From assembly GCA_048538275.1 (NCBI GenBank), contig JBLYPW010000001.1, positions 113,248 through 177,247 on the forward strand: a stretch of DNA of 64,000 bases, read 5' to 3'. A model generated the notes under the pieces. It saw only the letters and a program-made list of their open reading frames with translations, was not told the origin of the DNA and did not search any database. The translations under genes were made by a program, and so were the position numbers. The DNA is from Candidatus Komeilibacteria bacterium (lineage in GTDB: Bacteria > Patescibacteriota > Patescibacteriia > UBA1558). This document shows positions 63,228-64,000 of this stretch, piece after piece; positions within the stretch are counted from its first letter, which is position 1, and the number at the start of each line of letters is the position of its first letter.

Positions 63228-63458
63228 GGGCGCATAGCTCAATGGTAGAGTGCTTTTTGCCTTGATGTGGCTATGAGCATCCATATAGCTTATTATCCGA
63301 AAGCGTCAATCTTTATAGATTGGAGAGTGAGGGAGAATTACCCTCGTGTGGCGATATGCATTCGCTGTGTATCAGTAAATAGTTGCATTGAGGACAGTTA
63401 ATTAACTGTGGTATGAATACTCGGAAAGTGGGTATCGGTTCGAATCCGATTGCGTCCA
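63228..63458 (+). ncRNA. tRNA-like RNA with a 166-nt insert in place of the anticodon loop
   Basis: GGGCGCA/TGCGTCC acceptor, TAGCTCAATGGTAGAGT D-arm, ATCGG-TTCGAAT-CCGAT T-arm, CTTTT/GAAAG anticodon stem. Confidence 0.78.
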
Positions 63459-63553
63459 CAAGTATTTAGTTGATTGCATTGTTTAAGGGGTAGAATCTTA
63501 TCTGGTCTTCAATCTTGAAGATGCGAATCTTTGAGGTTATTTTGAGTTCTAGG

Positions 63554-63582
63554 TTGACAATATTTGTATTTAACTGTATAAT
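63554..63582 (+). promoter_or_regulatory. Consensus sigma70 promoter
   Basis: TTGACA-17 bp-TATAAT. Confidence 0.75.
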
Positions 63583-63627
63583 TTATTGTTGTTTTGTACT
63601 TTGTAAATTACACTAAAAGGAGGAAAA

Positions 63628-64000
63628 ATGACCAGACTGAGAAAAGATCTACTAAGTAAGCTTGGTTTCAAAATAGCTATCTTTGAAGATCAAGAGTCGG
63701 AAATGGCAGCCGCCCGTCATGCCGTAGAGGCGATGGGTTTAATCCCCGTACCCATGCACAGGTTTAATGATTTCAACGATTTCAGCATAAACAATGATTC
63801 TTTATTGATCGGAGTTTTAGCTGATATCCACATTGCTGGCGTGCCAGAAGGTCTGGGTTTGATAACCAATTGCTTGCAATATGATATACCGGTTTGTGCG
63901 GTAACATATGTAAAGGGGCACGATCTTGACAACTGGAAAGGGCCATTGGTCCAGTTATTAAAACAACAAGGCGTGATTTTCTTTACCAGCAAGGTAGATG
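63628..64000 (+). CDS. Receiver-domain-like protein, truncated by the window edge
   Basis: AAGGAGG RBS; KIAIFEDQ...VLADIHI...GLGL...IPVCAVT. Confidence 0.55.
   Translation, partial: MTRLRKDLLSKLGFKIAIFEDQESEMAAARHAVEAMGLIPVPMHRFNDFNDFSINNDSLLIGVLADIHIAGVPEGLGLITNCLQYDIPVCAVTYVKGHDLDNWKGPLVQLLKQQGVIFFTSKVD

Noticed and set aside
63258-63423. Group I intron or canonical tmRNA assignment
   Set aside because: No recognisable P7/S elements, a D-arm is present, and there is no clear tag ending in AA-stop; kept as an unexplained finding instead.
63717-63992. Minus-strand 91-aa ORF
   Set aside because: Shadow of the plus-strand gene at 63628, which has a consensus promoter and RBS.

Overview
AT-rich bacterial chromosome segment. 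Gene content (PrgI/VirB4/TrbC-pilin cluster, K/A-rich RpoD, tRNA-overlapping serine recombinases) points to a Patescibacteria/CPR host; this is an inference. The housekeeping backbone (comF, clpC, radA, recG, dnaG, rpoD, bcp, tsaC, five tRNAs) is interrupted by two elements integrated at tRNA 3' ends by large serine recombinases. (1) A ~6.1 kb element (46-6187) at tRNA-Ser(GGA) carries two tandem HisRS paralogues, a transporter and an HTH gene, plus a near-exact internal inverted copy of its own predicted attP junction. (2) A ~15.8 kb inovirus-like prophage (33878-49713) at tRNA-Asn carries type III R-M, OLD nuclease and DUF2130 cargo. In both elements the att core lies inside the integrase ORF, so the integrase C-terminus would be swapped between integrated and excised states, and the two excised-state tails share a W-x7-RTxF pattern. 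Other notable items: a 231-nt tRNA-like RNA with Ala identity (G3:U70) and a 166-nt multi-hairpin insert in place of the anticodon loop; a GIY-YIG gene between a duplicated tRNA-Ser half and the intact tRNA; structured intergenic repeats; tRNA-Arg(GCG); and a decayed integron-like locus. All calls were made by eye without database searches.
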